The notes: generated from the letters alone by a model not told the origin. Shown: positions 6,957 to 18,975, numbered from the stretch's first letter. The stretch is 19,362 nucleotides of DNA from Azolla caroliniana (GCA_043228905.1 JBHGNT010000611.1:1-19362), one strand, 5' to 3'. Made by a program: numbers and translations.

Positions 6957-7994
6957 TTAAAAGTGGCGAATACAAGCGCGTGGGCGAAGATCACATTGTT
7001 GGAGAAGGCGAGAGGTTGCCACGCTTAGAAGTTGTTCCTCCTCACCGGCCTTGAAACGACGACGTTGTTCCTCATCTTGTCGTCCGGTCATGCGATAACG
7101 GCGCTCGTCCTCCTCGCGCTCGCTACTGTCTCTCTCTCGCTCGGCATCCTCTTCCCATTGACGACGTTCCCTTGACACTTGGTTATGGCGGTGACCATCA
7201 TTGCGTGCCTCTTCTCCGCTAATGTATAAGGCCTCGCGGAGGCGGTTGCAACGCTCTTCTACGGGGATTTGTTCCACGTTCCTGCAGCATCTTTCGGAGG
7301 GCCTTGCATATCGGCTGATTTCATCCCAAGAGGTGCGACGGCTTCGTCCACGTTCTTCCTTCTCATTACGTTCTTGTAGGTGGCGGACCTGCCTATCGAC
7401 GAAGTTTTGGCACTCTTGCCTCAACTCTCGGTCTCGTGGCTCATCGCGATCGCGGCCGCGACGATCCCGTTCCTCTTCGGACTCTCTCTTGTTGTCTCTG
7501 CGACGTCCTTCATCGAGGGATCCTTCACGACGTCGGTCGCGCCTCTCCTGCTCGACATCCTCCTCCCTGCGTCGATCGCGCCTCTCGTCACGTGACTCAT
7601 CACGATCGCGACCGCGACGATCCCGTTCCTCTTCGGACTCTCTCTTGTTGTCTCCGTAGCGCCCCTCCTCGATGGACCCCTCGCGACGTCCCCCGCGCCT
7701 CTCCTCATCGAAATCCTCCTCCCTGCGTCGATCGCGCCTCTCCTCACGTGGCTCATCGCGATCGTGACTGCGACGATCCCGGTCCTCATCCGACTCTCTC
7801 TTGTTGTCTCTGTAGCGCCCCTCATCGATGGATCCCTCACGACGTCCGCTGCGCCTCTCCTCGTCGACATCCTCCTCCCTACGTCGATCGCGCCTCTCCT
7901 CTTCGCGATCCCGTCCTACAGATCTAGCATTGGCCGCGCCGCAGGCGGCTAGCATGATAACCGCCATGAGGAATATGATAGTGAGCTTCGCCAT
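6957..7994 (-). CDS. 2S-albumin-like Arg-rich storage protein precursor, copy 4
   Basis: Translation identical to copy 1. Confidence 0.85.
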   Translation of the reverse strand: MAKLTIIFLMAVIMLAACGAANARSVGRDREEERRDRRREEDVDEERRSGRREGSIDEGRYRDNKRESDEDRDRRSHDRDEPREERRDRRREEDFDEERRGGRREGSIEEGRYGDNKRESEEERDRRGRDRDESRDERRDRRREEDVEQERRDRRREGSLDEGRRRDNKRESEEERDRRGRDRDEPRDRELRQECQNFVDRQVRHLQERNEKEERGRSRRTSWDEISRYARPSERCCRNVEQIPVEERCNRLREALYISGEEARNDGHRHNQVSRERRQWEEDAERERDSSEREEDERRYRMTGRQDEEQRRRFKAGEEEQLLSVATSRLLQQCDLRPRACIRHF

Positions 7995-8060
7995 TGCTTG
8001 TGTTCGGAACTACCCCGGTTCTCTCTCCGCCTATTTGAGTGTGTCATGGTTGATCCACCC

Positions 8061-8195
8061 TTATATACACAAGGCCATGCATGTCTAGTACATGCATGTC
8101 CCTTCCCACGTCCATTCCTATAGACGTTAATGGCATGATCCATACTTGGGCCACGGAAGAGACCATTCACTTTTATCCACCCCCCTTTACGTGTC
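8061..8195 (-). promoter_or_regulatory. TATA + 2xRY + 2xABRE promoter module, copy 4
   Basis: Copy of 1578-1712. Confidence 0.7.
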
Positions 8196-9092
8196 CAGGA
8201 TCCTCCTGCTTCGACCTACCATATCACTAGCCCTATACTCACCTCCATCACACCAGGAGTGGGATTATGCACTTGGGCATTTCAAATCTACTAACCTATG
8301 GACGCTTCGTCCATATTGCAACGTAGACAGTATGTAACCTCATGATAGCCACCTACACATGTGATGCCATTGAGGTTGTAGAGTGCGTATGGGCCTCGTA
8401 AAACGAGGATAAGGTGGTGAGAAAAGGTTTTTAGGGTGTTGGTTCTCTCCACGAAAACGTTATCGGTGGTTGTGGCCACGAGGGGGTTTAGAATCCATTG
8501 CGACCAACATACGGACGACGACACGCGTTTTCATTGTGATTACAAGATCCGTCGTCGTTGTGGACGCTGCAACCACCGGAGGAATATGAAGGTGGCACCA
8601 TTCAAGGACAACATTTCTAGGTGAAACATGCGTGGGTTGGTTGGTTCACACGATGATGAAAATGGAAATCATGTTTGTAGTAGGAGTTACGATCAGCCAC
8701 TACTATTGCGCACATCATGGTACGGCGAGACACGGCATTGTATGAGGGTGGCTTCAATACAACATTGTGATGGCATCGACATTTGACGAGTTTCGCGTTG
8801 CTCGTGAGAGAGATAGCGATAGATGGATAGAGATAGATATAGGTAGGGTGGGAGTGGGTAGTGTGCGTGTGGGCACGTTACCTAATCATGTGTGCGTGGA
8901 GTTTCATTTTGCTTGTGCAATGAGCGAGCGAGGGCACGCGACCTGATCGTGCGTGCGTGCGTGCATGTTGTGCGCGAGCGTGGGAGAAATATGATTGAGA
9001 GGGTTATGAGAACGTCAAGACACCACACAGAGCACACCATTTACATTTACGATGTTCAGAAAGTGTATAGTTGAAAAAGTTATGTACGTTCT

Positions 9093-10130
9093 TTAAAAGT
9101 GGCGAATACAAGCGCGTGGGCGAAGATCACATTGTTGGAGAAGGCGAGAGGTTGCCACGCTTAGAAGTTGTTCCTCCTCACCGGCCTTGAAACGACGACG
9201 TTGTTCCTCATCTTGTCGTCCGGTCATGCGATAACGGCGCTCGTCCTCCTCGCGCTCGCTACTGTCTCTCTCTCGCTCGGCATCCTCTTCCCATTGACGA
9301 CGTTCCCTTGACACTTGGTTATGGCGGTGACCATCATTGCGTGCCTCTTCTCCGCTAATGTATAAGGCCTCGCGGAGGCGGTTGCAACGCTCTTCTACGG
9401 GGATTTGTTCCACGTTCCTGCAGCATCTTTCGGAGGGCCTTGCATATCGGCTGATTTCATCCCAAGAGGTGCGACGGCTTCGTCCACGTTCTTCCTTCTC
9501 ATTACGTTCTTGTAGGTGGCGGACCTGCCTATCGACGAAGTTTTGGCACTCTTGCCTCAACTCTCGGTCTCGTGGCTCATCGCGATCGCGGCCGCGACGA
9601 TCCCGTTCCTCTTCGGACTCTCTCTTGTTGTCTCTGCGACGTCCTTCATCGAGGGATCCTTCACGACGTCGGTCGCGCCTCTCCTGCTCGACATCCTCCT
9701 CCCTGCGTCGATCGCGCCTCTCGTCACGTGACTCATCACGATCGCGACCGCGACGATCCCGTTCCTCTTCGGACTCTCTCTTGTTGTCTCCGTAGCGCCC
9801 CTCCTCGATGGACCCCTCGCGACGTCCCCCGCGCCTCTCCTCATCGAAATCCTCCTCCCTGCGTCGATCGCGCCTCTCCTCACGTGGCTCATCGCGATCG
9901 TGACTGCGACGATCCCGGTCCTCATCCGACTCTCTCTTGTTGTCTCTGTAGCGCCCCTCATCGATGGATCCCTCACGACGTCCGCTGCGCCTCTCCTCGT
10001 CGACATCCTCCTCCCTACGTCGATCGCGCCTCTCCTCTTCGCGATCCCGTCCTACAGATCTAGCATTGGCCGCGCCGCAGGCGGCTAGCATGATAACCGC
10101 CATGAGGAATATGATAGTGAGCTTCGCCAT
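9093..10130 (-). CDS. 2S-albumin-like Arg-rich storage protein precursor, copy 5
   Basis: Translation identical to copy 1. Lies in the unit with the spacer deletion. Confidence 0.85.
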   Translation of the reverse strand: MAKLTIIFLMAVIMLAACGAANARSVGRDREEERRDRRREEDVDEERRSGRREGSIDEGRYRDNKRESDEDRDRRSHDRDEPREERRDRRREEDFDEERRGGRREGSIEEGRYGDNKRESEEERDRRGRDRDESRDERRDRRREEDVEQERRDRRREGSLDEGRRRDNKRESEEERDRRGRDRDEPRDRELRQECQNFVDRQVRHLQERNEKEERGRSRRTSWDEISRYARPSERCCRNVEQIPVEERCNRLREALYISGEEARNDGHRHNQVSRERRQWEEDAERERDSSEREEDERRYRMTGRQDEEQRRRFKAGEEEQLLSVATSRLLQQCDLRPRACIRHF

Positions 10131-10196
10131 TGCTTGTGTTCGGAACTACCCCGGTTCTCTCTCCGCCTATTTGAGTGTGTCATGGTTGATCCACCC

Positions 10197-10331
10197 TTAT
10201 ATACACAAGGCCATGCATGTCTAGTACATGCATGTCCCTTCCCACGTCCATTCCTATAGACGTTAATGGCATGATCCATACTTGGGCCACGGAAGAGACC
10301 ATTCACTTTTATCCACCCCCCTTTACGTGTC
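10197..10331 (-). promoter_or_regulatory. TATA + 2xRY + 2xABRE promoter module, copy 5
   Basis: Copy of 1578-1712. Confidence 0.7.
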
Positions 10332-11253
10332 CAGGATCCTCCTGCTTCGACCTACCATATCACTAGCCCTATACTCACCTCCATCACACCAGGAGTGGGA
10401 TTATGCACTTGGGCATTTCAAATCTACTAACCTATGGACGCTTCGTCCATATTGCAACGTAGACAGTATGTAACCTCATGATAGCCACCTACACATGTGA
10501 TGCCATTGAGGTTGTAGAGTGCGTATGGGCCTCGTAAAACGAGGATAAGGTGGTGAGAAAAGGTTTTTAGGGTGTTGGTTCTCTCCACGAAAACGTTATC
10601 GGTGGTTGTGGCCACGAGGGGGTTTAGAATCCATTGCGACCAACATACGGACGACGACACGCGTTTTCATTGTGATTACAAGATCCGTCGTCGTTGTGGA
10701 CGCTGCAACCACCGGAGGAATATGAAGGTGGCACCATTCAAGGACAACATTTCTAGGTGAAACATGCGTGGGTTGGTTGGTTCACACGATGATGAAAATG
10801 GTAGATAGACATGGGAATTTCATGTGGAATCATGTTTGTAGTAGGAGTTACGATCAGCCACTACTATTGCGCACATCATGGTACGGCGAGACACGGCATT
10901 GTATGAGGGTGGCTTCAATACAACATTGTGATGGCATCGACGTTTGACGAGTTTCGCGTTGCTCGTGAGAGAGATAGCGATAGATGGATAGAGATAGATA
11001 TAGGTAGGGTGGGAGTGGGTAGTGTGCGTGTGGGCACGTTACCTAATCATGTGTGCGTGGAGTTTCATTTTGCTTGTGCAATGAGCGAGCGAGGGCACGC
11101 GACCTGATCGTGCGTGCGTGCGTGCATGTTGTGCGCGAGCGTGGGAGAAATATGATTGAGAGGGTTATGAGAACGTCAAGACACCACACAGAGCACACCA
11201 TTTACATTTACGATGTTCAGAAAGTGTATAGTTGAAAAAGTTATGTACGTTCT

Positions 11254-12291
11254 TTAAAAGTGGCGAATACAAGCGCGTGGGCGAAGATCACATTGTTGGA
11301 GAAGGCGAGAGGTTGCCACGCTTAGAAGTTGTTCCTCCTCACCGGCCTTGAAACGACGACGTTGTTCCTCATCTTGTCGTCCGGTCATGCGATAACGGCG
11401 CTCGTCCTCCTCGCGCTCGCTACTGTCTCTCTCTCGCTCGGCATCCTCTTCCCATTGACGACGTTCCCTTGACACTTGGTTATGGCGGTGACCATCATTG
11501 CGTGCCTCTTCTCCGCTAATGTATAAGGCCTCGCGGAGGCGGTTGCAACGCTCTTCTACGGGGATTTGTTCCACGTTCCTGCAGCATCTTTCGGAGGGCC
11601 TTGCATATCGGCTGATTTCATCCCAAGAGGTGCGACGGCTTCGTCCACGTTCTTCCTTCTCATTACGTTCTTGTAGGTGGCGGACCTGCCTATCGACGAA
11701 GTTTTGGCACTCTTGCCTCAACTCTCGGTCTCGTGGCTCATCGCGATCGCGGCCGCGACGATCCCGTTCCTCTTCGGACTCTCTCTTGTTGTCTCTGCGA
11801 CGTCCTTCATCGAGGGATCCTTCACGACGTCGGTCGCGCCTCTCCTGCTCGACATCCTCCTCCCTGCGTCGATCGCGCCTCTCGTCACGTGACTCATCAC
11901 GATCGCGACCGCGACGATCCCGTTCCTCTTCGGACTCTCTCTTGTTGTCTCCGTAGCGCCCCTCCTCGATGGACCCCTCGCGACGTCCCCCGCGCCTCTC
12001 CTCATCGAAATCCTCCTCCCTGCGTCGATCGCGCCTCTCCTCACGTGGCTCATCGCGATCGTGACTGCGACGATCCCGGTCCTCATCCGACTCTCTCTTG
12101 TTGTCTCTGTAGCGCCCCTCATCGATGGATCCCTCACGACGTCCGCTGCGCCTCTCCTCGTCGACATCCTCCTCCCTACGTCGATCGCGCCTCTCCTCTT
12201 CGCGATCCCGTCCTACAGATCTAGCATTGGCCGCGCCGCAGGCGGCTAGCATGATAACCGCCATGAGGAATATGATAGTGAGCTTCGCCAT
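11254..12291 (-). CDS. 2S-albumin-like Arg-rich storage protein precursor, copy 6
   Basis: Translation identical to copy 1. Confidence 0.85.
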   Translation of the reverse strand: MAKLTIIFLMAVIMLAACGAANARSVGRDREEERRDRRREEDVDEERRSGRREGSIDEGRYRDNKRESDEDRDRRSHDRDEPREERRDRRREEDFDEERRGGRREGSIEEGRYGDNKRESEEERDRRGRDRDESRDERRDRRREEDVEQERRDRRREGSLDEGRRRDNKRESEEERDRRGRDRDEPRDRELRQECQNFVDRQVRHLQERNEKEERGRSRRTSWDEISRYARPSERCCRNVEQIPVEERCNRLREALYISGEEARNDGHRHNQVSRERRQWEEDAERERDSSEREEDERRYRMTGRQDEEQRRRFKAGEEEQLLSVATSRLLQQCDLRPRACIRHF

Positions 12292-12357
12292 TGCTTGTGT
12301 TCGGAACTACCCCGGTTCTCTCTCCGCCTATTTGAGTGTGTCATGGTTGATCCACCC

Positions 12358-12492
12358 TTATATACACAAGGCCATGCATGTCTAGTACATGCATGTCCCT
12401 TCCCACGTCCATTCCTATAGACGTTAATGGCATGATCCATACTTGGGCCACGGAAGAGACCATTCACTTTTATCCACCCCCCTTTACGTGTC
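12358..12492 (-). promoter_or_regulatory. TATA + 2xRY + 2xABRE promoter module, copy 6
   Basis: Copy of 1578-1712. Confidence 0.7.
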
Positions 12493-13414
12493 CAGGATCC
12501 TCCTGCTTCGACCTACCATATCACTAGCCCTATACTCACCTCCATCACACCAGGAGTGGGATTATGCACTTGGGCATTTCAAATCTACTAACCTATGGAC
12601 GCTTCGTCCATATTGCAACGTAGACAGTATGTAACCTCATGATAGCCACCTACACATGTGATGCCATTGAGGTTGTAGAGTGCGTATGGGCCTCGTAAAA
12701 CGAGGATAAGGTGGTGAGAAAAGGTTTTTAGGGTGTTGGTTCTCTCCACGAAAACGTTATCGGTGGTTGTGGCCACGAGGGGGTTTAGAATCCATTGCGA
12801 CCAACATACGGACGACGACACGCGTTTTCATTGTGATTACAAGATCCGTCGTCGTTGTGGACGCTGCAACCACCGGAGGAATATGAAGGTGGCACCATTC
12901 AAGGACAACATTTCTAGGTGAAACATGCGTGGGTTGGTTGGTTCACACGATGATGAAAATGGTAGATAGACATGGGAATTTCATGTGGAATCATGTTTGT
13001 AGTAGGAGTTACGATCAGCCACTACTATTGCGCACATCATGGTACGGCGAGACACGGCATTGTATGAGGGTGGCTTCAATACAACATTGTGATGGCATCG
13101 ACGTTTGACGAGTTTCGCGTTGCTCGTGAGAGAGATAGCGATAGATGGATAGAGATAGATATAGGTAGGGTGGGAGTGGGTAGTGTGCGTGTGGGCACGT
13201 TACCTAATCATGTGTGCGTGGAGTTTCATTTTGCTTGTGCAATGAGCGAGCGAGGGCACGCGACCTGATCGTGCGTGCGTGCGTGCATGTTGTGCGCGAG
13301 CGTGGGAGAAATATGATTGAGAGGGTTATGAGAACGTCAAGACACCACACAGAGCACACCATTTACATTTACGATGTTCAGAAAGTGTATAGTTGAAAAA
13401 GTTATGTACGTTCT

Positions 13415-14452
13415 TTAAAAGTGGCGAATACAAGCGCGTGGGCGAAGATCACATTGTTGGAGAAGGCGAGAGGTTGCCACGCTTAGAAGTTGTTCCTCCT
13501 CACCGGCCTTGAAACGACGACGTTGTTCCTCATCTTGTCGTCCGGTCATGCGATAACGGCGCTCGTCCTCCTCGCGCTCGCTACTGTCTCTCTCTCGCTC
13601 GGCATCCTCTTCCCATTGACGACGTTCCCTTGACACTTGGTTATGGCGGTGACCATCATTGCGTGCCTCTTCTCCGCTAATGTATAAGGCCTCGCGGAGG
13701 CGGTTGCAACGCTCTTCTACGGGGATTTGTTCCACGTTCCTGCAGCATCTTTCGGAGGGCCTTGCATATCGGCTGATTTCATCCCAAGAGGTGCGACGGC
13801 TTCGTCCACGTTCTTCCTTCTCATTACGTTCTTGTAGGTGGCGGACCTGCCTATCGACGAAGTTTTGGCACTCTTGCCTCAACTCTCGGTCTCGTGGCTC
13901 ATCGCGATCGCGGCCGCGACGATCCCGTTCCTCTTCGGACTCTCTCTTGTTGTCTCTGCGACGTCCTTCATCGAGGGATCCTTCACGACGTCGGTCGCGC
14001 CTCTCCTGCTCGACATCCTCCTCCCTGCGTCGATCGCGCCTCTCGTCACGTGACTCATCACGATCGCGACCGCGACGATCCCGTTCCTCTTCGGACTCTC
14101 TCTTGTTGTCTCCGTAGCGCCCCTCCTCGATGGACCCCTCGCGACGTCCCCCGCGCCTCTCCTCATCGAAATCCTCCTCCCTGCGTCGATCGCGCCTCTC
14201 CTCACGTGGCTCATCGCGATCGTGACTGCGACGATCCCGGTCCTCATCCGACTCTCTCTTGTTGTCTCTGTAGCGCCCCTCATCGATGGATCCCTCACGA
14301 CGTCCGCTGCGCCTCTCCTCGTCGACATCCTCCTCCCTACGTCGATCGCGCCTCTCCTCTTCGCGATCCCGTCCTACAGATCTAGCATTGGCCGCGCCGC
14401 AGGCGGCTAGCATGATAACCGCCATGAGGAATATGATAGTGAGCTTCGCCAT
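13415..14452 (-). CDS. 2S-albumin-like Arg-rich storage protein precursor, copy 7
   Basis: Translation identical to copy 1. Confidence 0.85.
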   Translation of the reverse strand: MAKLTIIFLMAVIMLAACGAANARSVGRDREEERRDRRREEDVDEERRSGRREGSIDEGRYRDNKRESDEDRDRRSHDRDEPREERRDRRREEDFDEERRGGRREGSIEEGRYGDNKRESEEERDRRGRDRDESRDERRDRRREEDVEQERRDRRREGSLDEGRRRDNKRESEEERDRRGRDRDEPRDRELRQECQNFVDRQVRHLQERNEKEERGRSRRTSWDEISRYARPSERCCRNVEQIPVEERCNRLREALYISGEEARNDGHRHNQVSRERRQWEEDAERERDSSEREEDERRYRMTGRQDEEQRRRFKAGEEEQLLSVATSRLLQQCDLRPRACIRHF

Positions 14453-14518
14453 TGCTTGTGTTCGGAACTACCCCGGTTCTCTCTCCGCCTATTTGAGTGT
14501 GTCATGGTTGATCCACCC

Positions 14519-14653
14519 TTATATACACAAGGCCATGCATGTCTAGTACATGCATGTCCCTTCCCACGTCCATTCCTATAGACGTTAATGGCATGATCCA
14601 TACTTGGGCCACGGAAGAGACCATTCACTTTTATCCACCCCCCTTTACGTGTC
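14519..14653 (-). promoter_or_regulatory. TATA + 2xRY + 2xABRE promoter module, copy 7
   Basis: Copy of 1578-1712. Confidence 0.7.
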
Positions 14654-15575
14654 CAGGATCCTCCTGCTTCGACCTACCATATCACTAGCCCTATACTCAC
14701 CTCCATCACACCAGGAGTGGGATTATGCACTTGGGCATTTCAAATCTACTAACCTATGGACGCTTCGTCCATATTGCAACGTAGACAGTATGTAACCTCA
14801 TGATAGCCACCTACACATGTGATGCCATTGAGGTTGTAGAGTGCGTATGGGCCTCGTAAAACGAGGATAAGGTGGTGAGAAAAGGTTTTTAGGGTGTTGG
14901 TTCTCTCCACGAAAACGTTATCGGTGGTTGTGGCCACGAGGGGGTTTAGAATCCATTGCGACCAACATACGGACGACGACACGCGTTTTCATTGTGATTA
15001 CAAGATCCGTCGTCGTTGTGGACGCTGCAACCACCGGAGGAATATGAAGGTGGCACCATTCAAGGACAACATTTCTAGGTGAAACATGCGTGGGTTGGTT
15101 GGTTCACACGATGATGAAAATGGTAGATAGACATGGGAATTTCATGTGGAATCATGTTTGTAGTAGGAGTTACGATCAGCCACTACTATTGCGCACATCA
15201 TGGTACGGCGAGACACGGCATTGTATGAGGGTGGCTTCAATACAACATTGTGATGGCATCGACGTTTGACGAGTTTCGCGTTGCTCGTGAGAGAGATAGC
15301 GATAGATGGATAGAGATAGATATAGGTAGGGTGGGAGTGGGTAGTGTGCGTGTGGGCACGTTACCTAATCATGTGTGCGTGGAGTTTCATTTTGCTTGTG
15401 CAATGAGCGAGCGAGGGCACGCGACCTGATCGTGCGTGCGTGCGTGCATGTTGTGCGCGAGCGTGGGAGAAATATGATTGAGAGGGTTATGAGAACGTCA
15501 AGACACCACACAGAGCACACCATTTACATTTACGATGTTCAGAAAGTGTATAGTTGAAAAAGTTATGTACGTTCT

Positions 15576-16613
15576 TTAAAAGTGGCGAATACAAGCGCGT
15601 GGGCGAAGATCACATTGTTGGAGAAGGCGAGAGGTTGCCACGCTTAGAAGTTGTTCCTCCTCACCGGCCTTGAAACGACGACGTTGTTCCTCATCTTGTC
15701 GTCCGGTCATGCGATAACGGCGCTCGTCCTCCTCGCGCTCGCTACTGTCTCTCTCTCGCTCGGCATCCTCTTCCCATTGACGACGTTCCCTTGACACTTG
15801 GTTATGGCGGTGACCATCATTGCGTGCCTCTTCTCCGCTAATGTATAAGGCCTCGCGGAGGCGGTTGCAACGCTCTTCTACGGGGATTTGTTCCACGTTC
15901 CTGCAGCATCTTTCGGAGGGCCTTGCATATCGGCTGATTTCATCCCAAGAGGTGCGACGGCTTCGTCCACGTTCTTCCTTCTCATTACGTTCTTGTAGGT
16001 GGCGGACCTGCCTATCGACGAAGTTTTGGCACTCTTGCCTCAACTCTCGGTCTCGTGGCTCATCGCGATCGCGGCCGCGACGATCCCGTTCCTCTTCGGA
16101 CTCTCTCTTGTTGTCTCTGCGACGTCCTTCATCGAGGGATCCTTCACGACGTCGGTCGCGCCTCTCCTGCTCGACATCCTCCTCCCTGCGTCGATCGCGC
16201 CTCTCGTCACGTGACTCATCACGATCGCGACCGCGACGATCCCGTTCCTCTTCGGACTCTCTCTTGTTGTCTCCGTAGCGCCCCTCCTCGATGGACCCCT
16301 CGCGACGTCCCCCGCGCCTCTCCTCATCGAAATCCTCCTCCCTGCGTCGATCGCGCCTCTCCTCACGTGGCTCATCGCGATCGTGACTGCGACGATCCCG
16401 GTCCTCATCCGACTCTCTCTTGTTGTCTCTGTAGCGCCCCTCATCGATGGATCCCTCACGACGTCCGCTGCGCCTCTCCTCGTCGACATCCTCCTCCCTA
16501 CGTCGATCGCGCCTCTCCTCTTCGCGATCCCGTCCTACAGATCTAGCATTGGCCGCGCCGCAGGCGGCTAGCATGATAACCGCCATGAGGAATATGATAG
16601 TGAGCTTCGCCAT
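15576..16613 (-). CDS. 2S-albumin-like Arg-rich storage protein precursor, copy 8
   Basis: Translation identical to copy 1. Confidence 0.85.
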   Translation of the reverse strand: MAKLTIIFLMAVIMLAACGAANARSVGRDREEERRDRRREEDVDEERRSGRREGSIDEGRYRDNKRESDEDRDRRSHDRDEPREERRDRRREEDFDEERRGGRREGSIEEGRYGDNKRESEEERDRRGRDRDESRDERRDRRREEDVEQERRDRRREGSLDEGRRRDNKRESEEERDRRGRDRDEPRDRELRQECQNFVDRQVRHLQERNEKEERGRSRRTSWDEISRYARPSERCCRNVEQIPVEERCNRLREALYISGEEARNDGHRHNQVSRERRQWEEDAERERDSSEREEDERRYRMTGRQDEEQRRRFKAGEEEQLLSVATSRLLQQCDLRPRACIRHF

Positions 16614-16679
16614 TGCTTGTGTTCGGAACTACCCCGGTTCTCTCTCCGCCTATTTGAGTGTGTCATGGTTGATCCACCC

Positions 16680-16814
16680 TTATATACACAAGGCCATGCA
16701 TGTCTAGTACATGCATGTCCCTTCCCACGTCCATTCCTATAGACGTTAATGGCATGATCCATACTTGGGCCACGGAAGAGACCATTCACTTTTATCCACC
16801 CCCCTTTACGTGTC
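16680..16814 (-). promoter_or_regulatory. TATA + 2xRY + 2xABRE promoter module, copy 8
   Basis: Copy of 1578-1712. Confidence 0.7.
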
Positions 16815-17736
16815 CAGGATCCTCCTGCTTCGACCTACCATATCACTAGCCCTATACTCACCTCCATCACACCAGGAGTGGGATTATGCACTTGGGCATT
16901 TCAAATCTACTAACCTATGGACGCTTCGTCCATATTGCAACGTAGACAGTATGTAACCTCATGATAGCCACCTACACATGTGATGCCATTGAGGTTGTAG
17001 AGTGCGTATGGGCCTCGTAAAACGAGGATAAGGTGGTGAGAAAAGGTTTTTAGGGTGTTGGTTCTCTCCACGAAAACGTTATCGGTGGTTGTGGCCACGA
17101 GGGGGTTTAGAATCCATTGCGACCAACATACGGACGACGACACGCGTTTTCATTGTGATTACAAGATCCGTCGTCGTTGTGGACGCTGCAACCACCGGAG
17201 GAATATGAAGGTGGCACCATTCAAGGACAACATTTCTAGGTGAAACATGCGTGGGTTGGTTGGTTCACACGATGATGAAAATGGTAGATAGACATGGGAA
17301 TTTCATGTGGAATCATGTTTGTAGTAGGAGTTACGATCAGCCACTACTATTGCGCACATCATGGTACGGCGAGACACGGCATTGTATGAGGGTGGCTTCA
17401 ATACAACATTGTGATGGCATCGACGTTTGACGAGTTTCGCGTTGCTCGTGAGAGAGATAGCGATAGATGGATAGAGATAGATATAGGTAGGGTGGGAGTG
17501 GGTAGTGTGCGTGTGGGCACGTTACCTAATCATGTGTGCGTGGAGTTTCATTTTGCTTGTGCAATGAGCGAGCGAGGGCACGCGACCTGATCGTGCGTGC
17601 GTGCGTGCATGTTGTGCGCGAGCGTGGGAGAAATATGATTGAGAGGGTTATGAGAACGTCAAGACACCACACAGAGCACACCATTTACATTTACGATGTT
17701 CAGAAAGTGTATAGTTGAAAAAGTTATGTACGTTCT

Positions 17737-18774
17737 TTAAAAGTGGCGAATACAAGCGCGTGGGCGAAGATCACATTGTTGGAGAAGGCGAGAGGTTGCC
17801 ACGCTTAGAAGTTGTTCCTCCTCACCGGCCTTGAAACGACGACGTTGTTCCTCATCTTGTCGTCCGGTCATGCGATAACGGCGCTCGTCCTCCTCGCGCT
17901 CGCTACTGTCTCTCTCTCGCTCGGCATCCTCTTCCCATTGACGACGTTCCCTTGACACTTGGTTATGGCGGTGACCATCATTGCGTGCCTCTTCTCCGCT
18001 AATGTATAAGGCCTCGCGGAGGCGGTTGCAACGCTCTTCTACGGGGATTTGTTCCACGTTCCTGCAGCATCTTTCGGAGGGCCTTGCATATCGGCTGATT
18101 TCATCCCAAGAGGTGCGACGGCTTCGTCCACGTTCTTCCTTCTCATTACGTTCTTGTAGGTGGCGGACCTGCCTATCGACGAAGTTTTGGCACTCTTGCC
18201 TCAACTCTCGGTCTCGTGGCTCATCGCGATCGCGGCCGCGACGATCCCGTTCCTCTTCGGACTCTCTCTTGTTGTCTCTGCGACGTCCTTCATCGAGGGA
18301 TCCTTCACGACGTCGGTCGCGCCTCTCCTGCTCGACATCCTCCTCCCTGCGTCGATCGCGCCTCTCGTCACGTGACTCATCACGATCGCGACCGCGACGA
18401 TCCCGTTCCTCTTCGGACTCTCTCTTGTTGTCTCCGTAGCGCCCCTCCTCGATGGACCCCTCGCGACGTCCCCCGCGCCTCTCCTCATCGAAATCCTCCT
18501 CCCTGCGTCGATCGCGCCTCTCCTCACGTGGCTCATCGCGATCGTGACTGCGACGATCCCGGTCCTCATCCGACTCTCTCTTGTTGTCTCTGTAGCGCCC
18601 CTCATCGATGGATCCCTCACGACGTCCGCTGCGCCTCTCCTCGTCGACATCCTCCTCCCTACGTCGATCGCGCCTCTCCTCTTCGCGATCCCGTCCTACA
18701 GATCTAGCATTGGCCGCGCCGCAGGCGGCTAGCATGATAACCGCCATGAGGAATATGATAGTGAGCTTCGCCAT
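17737..18774 (-). CDS. 2S-albumin-like Arg-rich storage protein precursor, copy 9
   Basis: Translation identical to copy 1. Confidence 0.85.
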   Translation of the reverse strand: MAKLTIIFLMAVIMLAACGAANARSVGRDREEERRDRRREEDVDEERRSGRREGSIDEGRYRDNKRESDEDRDRRSHDRDEPREERRDRRREEDFDEERRGGRREGSIEEGRYGDNKRESEEERDRRGRDRDESRDERRDRRREEDVEQERRDRRREGSLDEGRRRDNKRESEEERDRRGRDRDEPRDRELRQECQNFVDRQVRHLQERNEKEERGRSRRTSWDEISRYARPSERCCRNVEQIPVEERCNRLREALYISGEEARNDGHRHNQVSRERRQWEEDAERERDSSEREEDERRYRMTGRQDEEQRRRFKAGEEEQLLSVATSRLLQQCDLRPRACIRHF

Positions 18775-18840
18775 TGCTTGTGTTCGGAACTACCCCGGTT
18801 CTCTCTCCGCCTATTTGAGTGTGTCATGGTTGATCCACCC

Positions 18841-18975
18841 TTATATACACAAGGCCATGCATGTCTAGTACATGCATGTCCCTTCCCACGTCCATTCCTA
18901 TAGACGTTAATGGCATGATCCATACTTGGGCCACGGAAGAGACCATTCACTTTTATCCACCCCCCTTTACGTGTC
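18841..18975 (-). promoter_or_regulatory. TATA + 2xRY + 2xABRE promoter module, copy 9
   Basis: Copy of 1578-1712. Confidence 0.7.

Larger units (their letters stand above)
8645..10780. repeat. Variant array unit (2136 bp) with a net 25-bp spacer deletion and a G>A substitution
   Basis: Reads AAAATGGAAATCATG at 8659-8673 instead of AAAATGGTAGATAGACATGGGAATTTCATGTGGAATCATG. Reads TCGACATTTG instead of TCGACGTTTG, with the change at 8781. Confidence 0.95.
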
